In this document: positions 8,679-18,313 of the stretch, one piece after another
Numbering within the stretch: the stretch's first letter is position 1
Layout: every line of letters starts with the position of its first letter
Source of the DNA: an uncultured Candidatus Binatia bacterium
GTDB lineage: Bacteria; Desulfobacterota; Binatia; UBA9968; JAJDTQ01
Reading direction: 5' to 3'
Length of the DNA: 64,000 nucleotides
Assembly: GCA_965242525.1 (NCBI GenBank)
Contig: OZ251459.1
Coordinates: forward strand, 4,085,063-4,149,062
Notes under the pieces: model-generated
Told to the model about the DNA's origin: nothing
The model's input: the letters and a program-made list of their open reading frames with translations, nothing else
Databases searched by the model: none
Position numbers and translations under genes: made by a program

Positions 8679-9746
8679 ATGGCCAAAGCCAAAGTGTTCG
8701 TGTTCGCCCCCAACGACGCCAAGGGCGATTCCCACAGGAAGATGGAGGACGCCGGCTGCGAGCTGGTGCTGGGCCAGGCGGGCTGGCACACCCCGCAAGG
8801 CGACAACGAAGCCGAGATGTGCGCCATGGCCGAGGGGGCCCATGCCCTGGTGGGCACGTCCATCCGCAGTTCCCCCATCACCAAAGCCGTCATGCAGAGT
8901 TCCCGGGACCTGCGGGTGGTGGCCAAATACACCATCGGCGTGGACGACGTGGACGTGGAGGCGGCCACCGAGTTGGGCGTCATGGTTTGCCACGCGCCCA
9001 CGGAGTCCAACTGGGGCGGCGTGGCCGAGGGAACCATCACGGGCATGTTGACCATGCTCAAGCGGGTGCGCGAACGGGACCGGCACCTGAAGTCGGGGGG
9101 CGAATGGCGGGACCTGAGCCTGCAGGGAACCTACGTGGGGTCCCGCGCCATGGACGGCTACCCCGGCATCACCCTCGGCATCATCGGCCTGGGCCGCATC
9201 GGGACCCGCGTGGCCAAGCTCATGAAGCCCTGGGGCATGAGGATGATCGCATCGGATCCCTACGTGCCGGACGGGAAGTTCGAGGAAGCCGGCGTGGAGA
9301 AGGTCGATCTGCCCACGCTGCTGCGGGAGTCGGACGTGGTGACGCTCCACGTGGTCCTCACCGGGGAGACCCACCACATGATCGGCAGAGAGCAGTTGGC
9401 GCAGATGAAGAAGACCGCGGTCTTCATCAACACCTCCCGCGGGTACTGCGTCAACGAGCCCGAGTTGGCAGAAGCGTTGCAGGACGACGTGATCTCGGGC
9501 GCGGTCCTCGACGTGTTCGAGGACGAGCCGCTGTCCATGGACAGCCCGCTCAGGAAACTCGGTGACAAGGTGATCCTGTCGGCCCACATGGTATCGTCCA
9601 ACCGGGGCAGCGGCCTCCACCCCGGCGTGGTCTGGGCCACGAGCTCCGTGCTGGCCGCGCTGCGCGGCGAGGTCCCGGACAACGTCTACAACAAGGAGGT
9701 CATCGAGCAGTGGAAGAGCCGCTTCGGCGGCAAGAGCCTCATCTGA
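8679..9746 (+). CDS. D-isomer-specific 2-hydroxyacid dehydrogenase (SerA-like)
   Basis: Rossmann 'GIIGLGRIG', 'SDVVTLH', 'FINTSRG', 'LDVFEDEP'; AGGAGG RBS. Confidence 0.9.
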   Translation: MAKAKVFVFAPNDAKGDSHRKMEDAGCELVLGQAGWHTPQGDNEAEMCAMAEGAHALVGTSIRSSPITKAVMQSSRDLRVVAKYTIGVDDVDVEAATELGVMVCHAPTESNWGGVAEGTITGMLTMLKRVRERDRHLKSGGEWRDLSLQGTYVGSRAMDGYPGITLGIIGLGRIGTRVAKLMKPWGMRMIASDPYVPDGKFEEAGVEKVDLPTLLRESDVVTLHVVLTGETHHMIGREQLAQMKKTAVFINTSRGYCVNEPELAEALQDDVISGAVLDVFEDEPLSMDSPLRKLGDKVILSAHMVSSNRGSGLHPGVVWATSSVLAALRGEVPDNVYNKEVIEQWKSRFGGKSLI

Positions 9747-9780
9747 GCCGTATGGCGACGACGGGACGGGGTTCAGGAAG

Positions 9781-10053
9781 ATGAGCACGGGATACATCCT
9801 CAGCGACTATCTCGAACAGGCCATGGCGTCGGCGACCTACGACAAGCTGGACGACGGCAGCTTCGCGGGCCGGATCCCGCCGTGTACGGGCGTGGTCGCC
9901 TTTGGAGCTACGCTGATGGAGTGCGAGCGCCTGTTGCGCTCCACATTGGAGGATTGGCTTGTCCTCGGCCTGAGGCTCGGCCACTCGATCCCGGTTCTCG
10001 CGGGGCTCGATCTGAACGGGGAGACCGCTCGTGAGCGGTTGGACACCGTGTAA
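9781..10053 (+). CDS. hicB: HicB-family antitoxin
   Basis: 'FAGRIPPCTGVVAFGATLMECERLLRSTLEDWL...IP'. Confidence 0.85.
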   Translation: MSTGYILSDYLEQAMASATYDKLDDGSFAGRIPPCTGVVAFGATLMECERLLRSTLEDWLVLGLRLGHSIPVLAGLDLNGETARERLDTV

Positions 10054-10261
10054 GCGCAATCTCTTCATCCGCCGCTTGCGCAAACTCGATTTCGATGGAC
10101 CGTTCTCGGGCTCACGGCACCAGTTCATGCTCTACGGGGTTCACCGGTTGGCCTTGCCGTCGAACGACGAGTATTCGGTCCCGCAGCTTCGCATGATGAT
10201 TCGGGAAGTCGAAGGCGTCATGGGCCGTCCCGTTTCGCTGGACGAGTGGCGTCGGCTCTAG
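10031..10261 (+). CDS. hicA: HicA-family toxin
   Basis: 'FIRRLRKLDFDGPFSGSRHQFM...LALPS...SVPQLRMMIRE'; overlaps hicB. Confidence 0.8.
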   Translation: MSGWTPCKRNLFIRRLRKLDFDGPFSGSRHQFMLYGVHRLALPSNDEYSVPQLRMMIREVEGVMGRPVSLDEWRRL

Positions 10262-10306
10262 CCGGGAATCACGGACGCTCTGAGCGGGTCGGGAACGGGA
10301 AGGGTA

Positions 10307-12238
10307 GTGGGAGACCAGGACGTAAGGCGGGACGAGGACGCGGTCCGGCTGCGCTCGTTCATCTCGCGCCTGCTGTGCGACGTGCAGGCGTTGGAGCGGA
10401 TGCTGTCGGAGGGGATGATCGAGTCCGGGGTGCACCGCATCGGCGCCGAGCAGGAACTCTTCCTGGTGGACGCCTCCCGGCGGCCGGCGCCGCGGGCGCT
10501 GGAGTTGCTGGAGCGGGTGGCTGATCCCCACTACACCACCGAGCTCGGGCTCTTCAACCTGGAGATCAACCTCGACCCGTTGCCGTTCGAGGACGACTGC
10601 CTGAGCCGGCTGGAGCGGCAGCTCGACGGCGCGCTGGCCCGGCTCCGGGAGGCGGCCCGCGAGTGCGGCGCGGAGGTGGTCCTCACCGGCATCCTGCCGA
10701 CCCTGCGCAAGTCCGACCTGGCGCTGGCCTGCATGACCCCCCGGCCGCGCTACCGGGCGCTCAACTCGGTGCTCCGGCAACTGCGCGGGGGCGACTACGA
10801 GTTCCGGCTCAAGGGCGCCGACGAGTTGAACGTCAAGCACGACTCGGTGATGCTCGAAGCGGCGTGCACCAGCTTCCAGGTGCACTACCAGGTGGAGCCC
10901 GCGGAGTTCGCCCGGTGCTACAACCTAGCCCAGGCCATGACCGCGCCGCTGCTGGCCGCGGCCGCCAACTCGCCGCTGCTGTTCGGGCGCAGGCTGTGGC
11001 GCGAGACGCGCATCCCGCTGTTCCAGCAATCCATCGACACGCGCCAGGCCGCCCACCACATGCGCGAGCGCGCCGCGCGCGTGAGCTTCGGGCGGCAGTG
11101 GGTGCGGGACTCCATCCTGGAGTTGATCCAGGAGGACCTGGCGCGCTTCCGCGTGCTGATCGAGAGCGACGTGGAGGAGGACTCCCTGGAGGTCCTGGAG
11201 CAGGGCGGCCTCCCGGAGCTCAAGGCGTTGCGCACCCACACCGGCACGGTATATCGTTGGAACCGGGGTTGCTTCGGCATCGGCGAGGGCAAGGCCCACC
11301 TGCGGATCGAGAACCGGGTCCTGCCCGCGGGTCCCACGGTGGTCGATGAGGTGGCCAACGCCGCCTTCTTCCTCGGGCTGCTCCGGGGCGGACAGGAGGC
11401 CTACGGAGACGTGGCCGCAGCCATGCCCTTCCACGACGCCGAGGCCAACTTCCTGGCCGCGGCGCAACGGGGGCTCGACGCCCAGTTCGCCTGGGTGGAC
11501 GGCAAGGCGGCGCCGGCCCGGGACCTGATCCGCCGGGAGCTGCTGCCGCTGGCGCGGGAGGGGCTGCGCGCCGCCGGTCTCCGTTCCGAGGACGGCGACC
11601 GTTACCTGGGGGTGGTGGAGCAGCGGGTGGCGTCGGGTCGGACCGGCGCGTCCTGGTTGCTGCGCTCGCTGACGGACATGCAGGGGGCGGACACCCGGGA
11701 GGCGCTGCTCAGCGCCCTCACCGCGGCCACCGTCAACCGCCAATGGGAGGGAGCGCCCGTGCACGAATGGCCCTTGGCCCGGGTGGAGGAAGGCCGCGTC
11801 CGCAGGCTGCAGGACCTGCGCATCGAGGAGTTCATGACCACGGACCTGTTCACCGTCCATCCGGACGAGCCCGTGGACCTGGTGGCCCGGCTCATGGACT
11901 GGAAGCGCATCCGGCACGTGCCGGTGGAGGACGAGCAGGGCAAGCTCGCGGGCCTGATCTCGTGCTTCGAGGTCTTGCGCCACTGCGCGTCGGCCTCGCG
12001 CGCGGCCGACGGAGGTCCCGCGCCGGTCAGCGCCGTGATGCAGCCCCGGCCCATGACCGTCGCGCCGGAAGCCCCGGTGCTGGAGGCCATCGCCCTCATG
12101 CGGCGGGAGAAGAGCGACTACCTGCTGGTGGTCAAGGAGGAGCGCCTGGTGGGGATCGTGACGGAACCCGACATCCTCGACCTGACGGCGCGGCTGCTCG
12201 GCGACGCCGCCCGGGAGTCCGAGACCGGTGGCGCCTGA
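10307..12238 (+). CDS. Glutamate-cysteine ligase family 2 (GCS2-like) protein fused to a C-terminal CBS pair
   Basis: 'IGAEQELFLVD', 'TELGLFNLEINL', 'SFQVH', 'AANSPLLFG', 'LRIENRVLPAGPT'; CBS 'FMTTDLFTVHPD...IRHVPVED' and 'LVGIVTEPD'. Confidence 0.85.
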   Translation: MGDQDVRRDEDAVRLRSFISRLLCDVQALERMLSEGMIESGVHRIGAEQELFLVDASRRPAPRALELLERVADPHYTTELGLFNLEINLDPLPFEDDCLSRLERQLDGALARLREAARECGAEVVLTGILPTLRKSDLALACMTPRPRYRALNSVLRQLRGGDYEFRLKGADELNVKHDSVMLEAACTSFQVHYQVEPAEFARCYNLAQAMTAPLLAAAANSPLLFGRRLWRETRIPLFQQSIDTRQAAHHMRERAARVSFGRQWVRDSILELIQEDLARFRVLIESDVEEDSLEVLEQGGLPELKALRTHTGTVYRWNRGCFGIGEGKAHLRIENRVLPAGPTVVDEVANAAFFLGLLRGGQEAYGDVAAAMPFHDAEANFLAAAQRGLDAQFAWVDGKAAPARDLIRRELLPLAREGLRAAGLRSEDGDRYLGVVEQRVASGRTGASWLLRSLTDMQGADTREALLSALTAATVNRQWEGAPVHEWPLARVEEGRVRRLQDLRIEEFMTTDLFTVHPDEPVDLVARLMDWKRIRHVPVEDEQGKLAGLISCFEVLRHCASASRAADGGPAPVSAVMQPRPMTVAPEAPVLEAIALMRREKSDYLLVVKEERLVGIVTEPDILDLTARLLGDAARESETGGA

Positions 12239-13421
12239 GTCCCCGGCAGGCCCGCGCCGCTTTCCCCGCGTGCTCGGGACCTGGGGCGGCGACGCCCCCG
12301 GACCCCTGGTGATCGGCATCGGCGGGATGCACGGCAACGAGCCCGCGGGCGCGCTGGCCTTGCAGCAGGCGCTGGAGACCCTGCGGTCCTCCCGCACGCC
12401 CTTTCGCGGCCGGTTCGTCGGCCTGTCCGGCAACCGGGCGGCCCTGGCCCGGGGGCGCCGGTACGTCCACGAGGACTTCAACCGGCTGTGGTCCGCGGAG
12501 CGCGTCCGGCGGCTGCGGAACGGCCGCGACTCGGTGGAGGCGACCTCCGAGACGGAGGAGCAGCGCGAGCTCCTGGCGGTGCTGGAGGACCATCTCGCCC
12601 AACGCAGCGGACCGGTGGTCTGCCTCGACCTCCACACCACCTCCGCCGCGGGCACGCCGTTCGTGGTCATCGGCGACACCCTCCTCAACCGGCGCTTTGC
12701 CTTTGGTCTCGGCGCCCCGGTGGTCCTTGGCCTGGAGGAGCGGCTGGAGAGCACCATTCTGAACCACCTGGGGGAACAGGGGTATGTGGCGGTGGGCTTC
12801 GAGGGCGGACAACACGATTCGCCTTCGGCGTTGGCCATCCACCTGGCGGCCATCCGCAGCGTGCTGGCCACCGCGGGGTGCGTCCGGGCGGAAGACTTCC
12901 GGGCGGCGCCGGACCGCGGAAGCGCCGGGTCCGCGGCGGAGGCGTCCGCGGGTCGGGCGGCGCCGCAGGTGGTGGAGATCCGGGACCATCACGTGATCCG
13001 GGAAGGCGACGACTTCGTCATGGAGCCCGGTTTCACCAACTTCCAGCCGGTGCAGCGCGGCCAGGTGCTCGCCCGGGACCGCCGCGGCCCCATCCTTGCG
13101 CGCGAGTCCGGCCAGATCCTCATGCCGCTCTACCAGGAACAGGGCACGGACGGGTTCTTCCTGGTGCGGCAGGTGCGGCCCTTCTGGCTGCGCGCGGCCG
13201 CGTGGCTGCGGCGTCTCCGGTTCGAGCGCTTCCTGCCGTTCCTGCCCGGGGTGCGCCTGCATGCGGACCGTCCGGTGACCCTGGTGGTGGACCCGCGCAT
13301 CGCCCGGTGGTTCGTGGTGGAGTTGTTCCACCTGCTGGGTTTCCGCAAGAGACGCTCGCGGCAAGGCAAGCTGGTGGTCAGCCGGCGGTGGCATGAACCC
13401 TGCTCGTTCGAAGAACCGTAG
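12228..13421 (+). CDS. Succinylglutamate desuccinylase/aspartoacylase (M14-like) family protein
   Basis: 'GGMHGNEPAG', 'DFNRLW', 'LDLHTTS', 'FEGGQH', 'ILMPLY'. Confidence 0.88.
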   Translation: MAPESPAGPRRFPRVLGTWGGDAPGPLVIGIGGMHGNEPAGALALQQALETLRSSRTPFRGRFVGLSGNRAALARGRRYVHEDFNRLWSAERVRRLRNGRDSVEATSETEEQRELLAVLEDHLAQRSGPVVCLDLHTTSAAGTPFVVIGDTLLNRRFAFGLGAPVVLGLEERLESTILNHLGEQGYVAVGFEGGQHDSPSALAIHLAAIRSVLATAGCVRAEDFRAAPDRGSAGSAAEASAGRAAPQVVEIRDHHVIREGDDFVMEPGFTNFQPVQRGQVLARDRRGPILARESGQILMPLYQEQGTDGFFLVRQVRPFWLRAAAWLRRLRFERFLPFLPGVRLHADRPVTLVVDPRIARWFVVELFHLLGFRKRRSRQGKLVVSRRWHEPCSFEEP

Positions 13422-13461
13422 GAAACCTTGGACGATTACCCCCGTTCGTCCCGGGATCCCC

Positions 13462-13504
13462 CCGTTCGTCCTGAGCGTAGCGAAGCGAAGTCGAAGGACG
13501 CGCT
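13462..13504 (+). repeat. Palindromic repeat family A, copy 3 (TIR-like GGAAACCTTGGAC at 13421-13433)
   Basis: Matches the consensus; partial duplicate CCCGTTCGTCC at 13441. Confidence 0.9.
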
Positions 13505-13618
13505 TTCCCACCGGGAGAGGGAGTCCGAGCCGGAACGGATCAGACGTTCCCGTGCAGGCTTGGGGGCCTCGACGACGGACGTGAGCGGCGTGACGGAAGA
13601 GCGGAAGGAGACGGACCC

Positions 13619-15139
13619 ATGAGAACGGCGCGGAACCGGACCTCCCCGGTGTGGGCGGTCGCGGCGCTGGCCGCGGCCATGCTTGCCGCAGGCGCGTGCT
13701 TCGCGGAACCGGTGGCCCTCACCATCGTCCACTTCAACGACCTGGACCGCATGGAAGAACGCCGCGGCCAGGGCGGCGTCGCCCGCCTCGCCGCGGTGGT
13801 ACGGGCCGAGCGGGCCCGCGGCTCCCGCGTCCTCGTGACCTTCGCCGGCGACGCCCTGTCGCCTTCGCTCCTGTCCGGCATCGACCAGGGCGCCCACATG
13901 ATCGACCTGCTGAACCGGGTGGGCCTCACGGCCATGGCCATCGGCAACCACGAGTACGACTTCGGCCCGGACGTGGCCGGGCAGCGTTTCTCCGAAGCCA
14001 GGTTCCCCGTCCTCGGGGCCAACAACCTGGATACCGACGGGGAGGTCATCGATGGCGCCCGGGCGTCGATCATGGTCGATGCCGGGCGGTTCAAGGTGGG
14101 GATCTTCGGTCTCACCACCGTCAGCACCGCGGTCAAGTCGAAACCCGGGAGGATCGTCTTCCGTCCGGTCATGGAAACGGCCGCGGCCCAGGCCGCCAGG
14201 CTGCGCGCGGCCGGCGCGCACCTGGTGGTCGCGCTGGCCCATACCCACGCGGACGAGGACGCCGCGCTGATCGAGCAGCGCGCGGTGGACGTGTTGCTCA
14301 GCGGCGACGACCACCGGCTCGCCCTGGAGTACGACGGCGCCGTCCTGTTCGCCGAATCGGGCCAGCAGGCGGACTGGGTGACGGTCATCGACCTCACCCT
14401 CGACGAGGTGGAGTCCCGCGGCAAGACGCGGTTCGTGTGGAGCCCGGCCTTTCGCGCGGTCCATACCGGCCGCGTCAGCCCGGACCCCGAGCTGGCCGCG
14501 GCCGTCCGGGAGTACCGCGGCAAGCTGTCGCGGGACCTGGGCTTGGAGATCGGCGAGACCGCCACCGAGCTGGACAGCCGCCGGGCCACGGTCCGCACCC
14601 GCGAGGCCGCCGTCGGCAACCTGGTCACCGACGCCATGCGCGCGGCGGTGGGCGCCGACCTGGCCCTCGTCAACAGCGGCGGCATCCGCGGCGACAAGGT
14701 CCATCCGCCCGGCGCGAGGCTGACCCGGCGCGACATCCTGAACGAGCTGCCCTTCGGCGACAAGACCGTCCTCATCCGGGTGACCGGGCGCCAAGTCCGC
14801 GCCGCCCTCGAGAACGGGTTCAGCCGGATCGAGAGCAAGTCCGGCCGGTTCCCCCAGGTCTCCGGGATGGAGGTGGTGTTCGACCCCGCCCGCCCGGCCG
14901 GCAGCCGCGTGGTGGAGGTCCGGCACGACGGCGCCGCCCTCGACCCGGACGCTGCCTACCGGTTGGCCACCAACCACTTCCTGGGCCGCGGCGGCGACGG
15001 GTACGGCGTCCTCGCCAACGGGGAACCCCTGATCGACGCCAACGCGGGCAGGCTGACGGCCGCCCAGGTCATGGAATACGTCGCTGCCCGGGGCTCGGTC
15101 GCGCCGCGCCCGGAAGGCCGTCTGCGCACCGTCGATTAG
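13619..15139 (+). CDS. Periplasmic 5'-nucleotidase / bifunctional metallophosphatase
   Basis: Signal peptide; 'TIVHFND', 'FAGD', 'IGNHEYDFG', 'NSGGIR', 'FLGRGGDGY'. Confidence 0.9.
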   Translation: MRTARNRTSPVWAVAALAAAMLAAGACFAEPVALTIVHFNDLDRMEERRGQGGVARLAAVVRAERARGSRVLVTFAGDALSPSLLSGIDQGAHMIDLLNRVGLTAMAIGNHEYDFGPDVAGQRFSEARFPVLGANNLDTDGEVIDGARASIMVDAGRFKVGIFGLTTVSTAVKSKPGRIVFRPVMETAAAQAARLRAAGAHLVVALAHTHADEDAALIEQRAVDVLLSGDDHRLALEYDGAVLFAESGQQADWVTVIDLTLDEVESRGKTRFVWSPAFRAVHTGRVSPDPELAAAVREYRGKLSRDLGLEIGETATELDSRRATVRTREAAVGNLVTDAMRAAVGADLALVNSGGIRGDKVHPPGARLTRRDILNELPFGDKTVLIRVTGRQVRAALENGFSRIESKSGRFPQVSGMEVVFDPARPAGSRVVEVRHDGAALDPDAAYRLATNHFLGRGGDGYGVLANGEPLIDANAGRLTAAQVMEYVAARGSVAPRPEGRLRTVD

Positions 15140-15290
15140 CCCGCCGGGCCTCGTCCGCGAGCGTCTCCGCTCCGGTGGCAAGGCGTCCCGGAAAGGGGTT
15201 CGGGACGCTTGCAACCCACCCGGAAATCGAATAGGGATGGATTCCCGGCCCTCGTTGCCGCCGCGGCAACGTTTGGTCAGGGAGGACGCC

Positions 15291-17255
15291 GTGAAGTCCG
15301 TGAAGTTCAAGGTGACAGCCGCCGCGGTTTCGGTCACGGCCCTGGTGCTGGGGGTGAGCTACTGGCTCGGGGCGGGGACCTGGAGCCTGCGCGTCCAGAC
15401 ACCCGCGGACACGAGGCCTGCCCCGGCGTCCGACCCGCCGCGGCGTCCCCCGATCCGGCCAGAGATCCGCATGGCGGCGCTGAAGCCGCCCGACCCCGAG
15501 CCGCCTCGACGGTCGCTCCTGCCGAACGTCCTGTCCGACAGGGACGCGGCCCTGTACCGGAACGTGTTCGAACTGCAGGAGGAAGGGCGCTGGCGCGAGG
15601 CCGACGCCTCCATCGAGCGCATCGACGACCCGCTGCTCATGGGCCACGTCCGCTTCCAGCGCTACATGCACCCGACCCGCTACCGTTCGTCGTACCCGGA
15701 GCTGAGGGACTGGCTCAGGGACTACGCCGACCATCCGGGCGCCCGAAGGATCTACCGGCTGGCCAAGCGGCGACAACCCGAAGGCTGGAGACCGCCGCGG
15801 CGTCCGGTCAGTCCCCGGCCTGCGTCCGGAATCGGGCTCGACCGCTATCCCGCGGCGTCGCAGCCGCGCCCCATGGACCCCCGGGACGCGGTGAGGAAGG
15901 CCGCGGGGCATTCGGCCGCGGAGCGCCGCAGGATCCGGCAGGTCCGGCGGCAGGTCCGGCAGTGGTTGGCGTCCGGCTACGTGACCAGGGCCCTCCGGTT
16001 CCTGGACCGGCCAAACAACGTTCGGTTGATGGACCCCCTGAGCTTCGACGAGACCCTGGCCCGGATCGCCGCGGGATATTTCCTGTGGGGCGAGGACCGC
16101 AAGGCGCTGCACGTGGCAAACCGTGCGGTGGCGCGGTCGGGACGCCTGGTGCCGTTGGCCCGGTGGTGGGGCGGGCTGGCTGCGTGGCGCCTGGAGGAGC
16201 ACCGGGAGGCCGCGCGCCACTTCCATGCCCTGGCCGAATCGGAATGGATGACTCCGTGGCTGGTGTCCGCCGGGGCCTATTGGGCCAGCCGCGCCTACGG
16301 GAAGGCCGGCCAACCGGAACGGGTGGAGCCCATGCTGCGCGCGGCCTCCCGGCACCCGCGCACTTTCTACGGACTCCTGGCCGTCGCCGCCCTGGGCGAG
16401 AGGCTGCCCCTCGATTTCGACATGCCCCGGCTCCACCGCGGCGACGTGGACGTCCTGCTGCGCATGGAGCCGGCGCGCCGCGCCCTGGGCCTGATCCAGG
16501 TGGGCCGGTTCGTGACCGCGGGCACCGAGTTGCGCCGGTTCGCCCACCGTCTCCCGCCCCGGTTGGCGCAGGTGATCCTGGCCCTTGCGTCGGAGTCGGG
16601 GTTGGCGGACCTGTCGCTCCGGGCCGCGGAGAGGTTGCGGCAGAGCACCGGCAAATCCCTGGACGCCGCCCTCTATCCGCTGCCCGTATGGAAGCCCGAC
16701 GGCGGGCACCTGCTCGACCGCGCGTTGCTGTTCTCGGTGATACGGCAGGAATCGGCGTTCCAGGCCGACGCCAGGAGCTCCCGCGGCGCCCTGGGCCTGA
16801 TGCAGATCGTGCCCGGCACCGCCAGCGACATGGCCGGTCGGCGTTACCACGGCGCGAACCGCCGCGACCTCATGGACCCGGTGCTCAACCTGACCCTAGG
16901 GCAGAGGTACTTGAGGCACATCCTGTCGAAGGACGGCATCGACGGGAACCTGATCTACGCGTTGATCGCCTACAACCGCGGCCCCGGAAGGCTCAGGGAG
17001 TGGCGCCGCAAGGTCGATTATCGAGACGACCCGCTGCTGTTCATCGAAAGCATCCCGGTCAGGGAGACGCGGATCTTCATCGAGCGGGTGCTGACCAACC
17101 TGTGGATCTACCGCGCCCGCCTCGGGCAGCCGGCGCGCTCGCTGGAAACCGTGGTGTCGGGCGGTTGGCCCGCCTACGTCCCCCTCGACCGCGCGTCGAG
17201 ACCTATGGAGACCGCTCGTCCCGGGAGCGGAGCACCGGAGAGGAGACCAGGATGA
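15291..17255 (+). CDS. Soluble lytic transglycosylase (SLT domain)
   Basis: 'IRQESAF...SSRGALGLMQI', 'IAYNRGPG', 'FIESIPVRETRIFIERVL'; GTG start after GGAGG. Confidence 0.9.
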   Translation: MKSVKFKVTAAAVSVTALVLGVSYWLGAGTWSLRVQTPADTRPAPASDPPRRPPIRPEIRMAALKPPDPEPPRRSLLPNVLSDRDAALYRNVFELQEEGRWREADASIERIDDPLLMGHVRFQRYMHPTRYRSSYPELRDWLRDYADHPGARRIYRLAKRRQPEGWRPPRRPVSPRPASGIGLDRYPAASQPRPMDPRDAVRKAAGHSAAERRRIRQVRRQVRQWLASGYVTRALRFLDRPNNVRLMDPLSFDETLARIAAGYFLWGEDRKALHVANRAVARSGRLVPLARWWGGLAAWRLEEHREAARHFHALAESEWMTPWLVSAGAYWASRAYGKAGQPERVEPMLRAASRHPRTFYGLLAVAALGERLPLDFDMPRLHRGDVDVLLRMEPARRALGLIQVGRFVTAGTELRRFAHRLPPRLAQVILALASESGLADLSLRAAERLRQSTGKSLDAALYPLPVWKPDGGHLLDRALLFSVIRQESAFQADARSSRGALGLMQIVPGTASDMAGRRYHGANRRDLMDPVLNLTLGQRYLRHILSKDGIDGNLIYALIAYNRGPGRLREWRRKVDYRDDPLLFIESIPVRETRIFIERVLTNLWIYRARLGQPARSLETVVSGGWPAYVPLDRASRPMETARPGSGAPERRPG

Positions 17256-18292
17256 AGACGCACCGACCGATCCATCGGATCCTTCTGCTTGCCGCCATCG
17301 CGGTATTCCTCGGCAGCGCGGGAGCGGGAGCCGCGGACTTCTATGCCGGCAAGACCATCACCATCGTCTGTCCCTACTCCACGGGCGGCACCTACGACCG
17401 CATGTCGCGGCTCGCCGCCAAGTACCTGCCTCGGCACATTCCGGGCAACCCGGCCGCCGTCGTGCACAACCGCCCCGGCGCCGGCGGCGTCATCGGGCTG
17501 CGGTCGGTTTACCGCGCCGAGCCGGACGGCCTGTCGCTGGTCCACTTCACCAGTCCCATGGTGGTGCGCAGCCTGACCGGCGGCATCCCGGACATCGACT
17601 TCACCAAGCTGACCTGGCTCGGCAGCGTGGGCGGCGCGCACTACATCTTCGCGCTCCGGTCCGAACGGCCCGAACGCAGCCTCGACGACTTCAAGAACGC
17701 CGGGGACCCCATCCGCGTGGCGGCGTCGGGTCCGAGCTCGCTGCTCACCCAGGCGGCCAAGTTCCTGCAGCGTGCGGGCAAGTTCCGCATCCGGCTGGTG
17801 TCGGGGTACAAAGGGTACAACCCCATGGCGCTGGCGCTGAAGCAGAACGAGGTGGACGGCGTGACGACCGCGGGGTCCGCGGTAGCCGTCAACGCCGCGA
17901 CCCGGGAGATGCATGAGGACGGCACGATCCGGCTGGCGCTGTCCATGGGCGGGGCTCCCCCTCCCGCACGCCTGGCCGAGGAGGTCGCGGCGCTTCCGAA
18001 GTTCGTGGACGGCATCGACGACCCGAAGGACCGGGAGGCGTACGTGGCGTTCTCGGGGCTCCTGAACGCCAGCCGGCCGTTCGCCGCCACCCCGGGACTG
18101 CCCGCGGAGCGGGCCGCCATCCTCGAGAAGGCCATGGCCGACATGATGGCCGATCCCGAGTTCGTGAAGACCGCCACGGACCAGGGGTTCGTGCTCAACC
18201 CGCTGCCCTCCAGGGAGGCGGAGAAGCTGATCCTGTCGGTCTTCCACCTGTCCCCGGAGATCCGGGAACGGTTGCAGGCGCTCCTGAAGTAG
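17252..18292 (+). CDS. TctC-family substrate-binding protein
   Basis: 'DFYAGKTITIVCPYSTGGTYD...HIPGNP...NRPGAGG'; C-terminal part of ORF 15209..18292. Confidence 0.9.
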   Translation: MKTHRPIHRILLLAAIAVFLGSAGAGAADFYAGKTITIVCPYSTGGTYDRMSRLAAKYLPRHIPGNPAAVVHNRPGAGGVIGLRSVYRAEPDGLSLVHFTSPMVVRSLTGGIPDIDFTKLTWLGSVGGAHYIFALRSERPERSLDDFKNAGDPIRVAASGPSSLLTQAAKFLQRAGKFRIRLVSGYKGYNPMALALKQNEVDGVTTAGSAVAVNAATREMHEDGTIRLALSMGGAPPPARLAEEVAALPKFVDGIDDPKDREAYVAFSGLLNASRPFAATPGLPAERAAILEKAMADMMADPEFVKTATDQGFVLNPLPSREAEKLILSVFHLSPEIRERLQALLK

Positions 18293-18313
18293 CCCGGCGG
18301 ACCCTCGCGCAAG

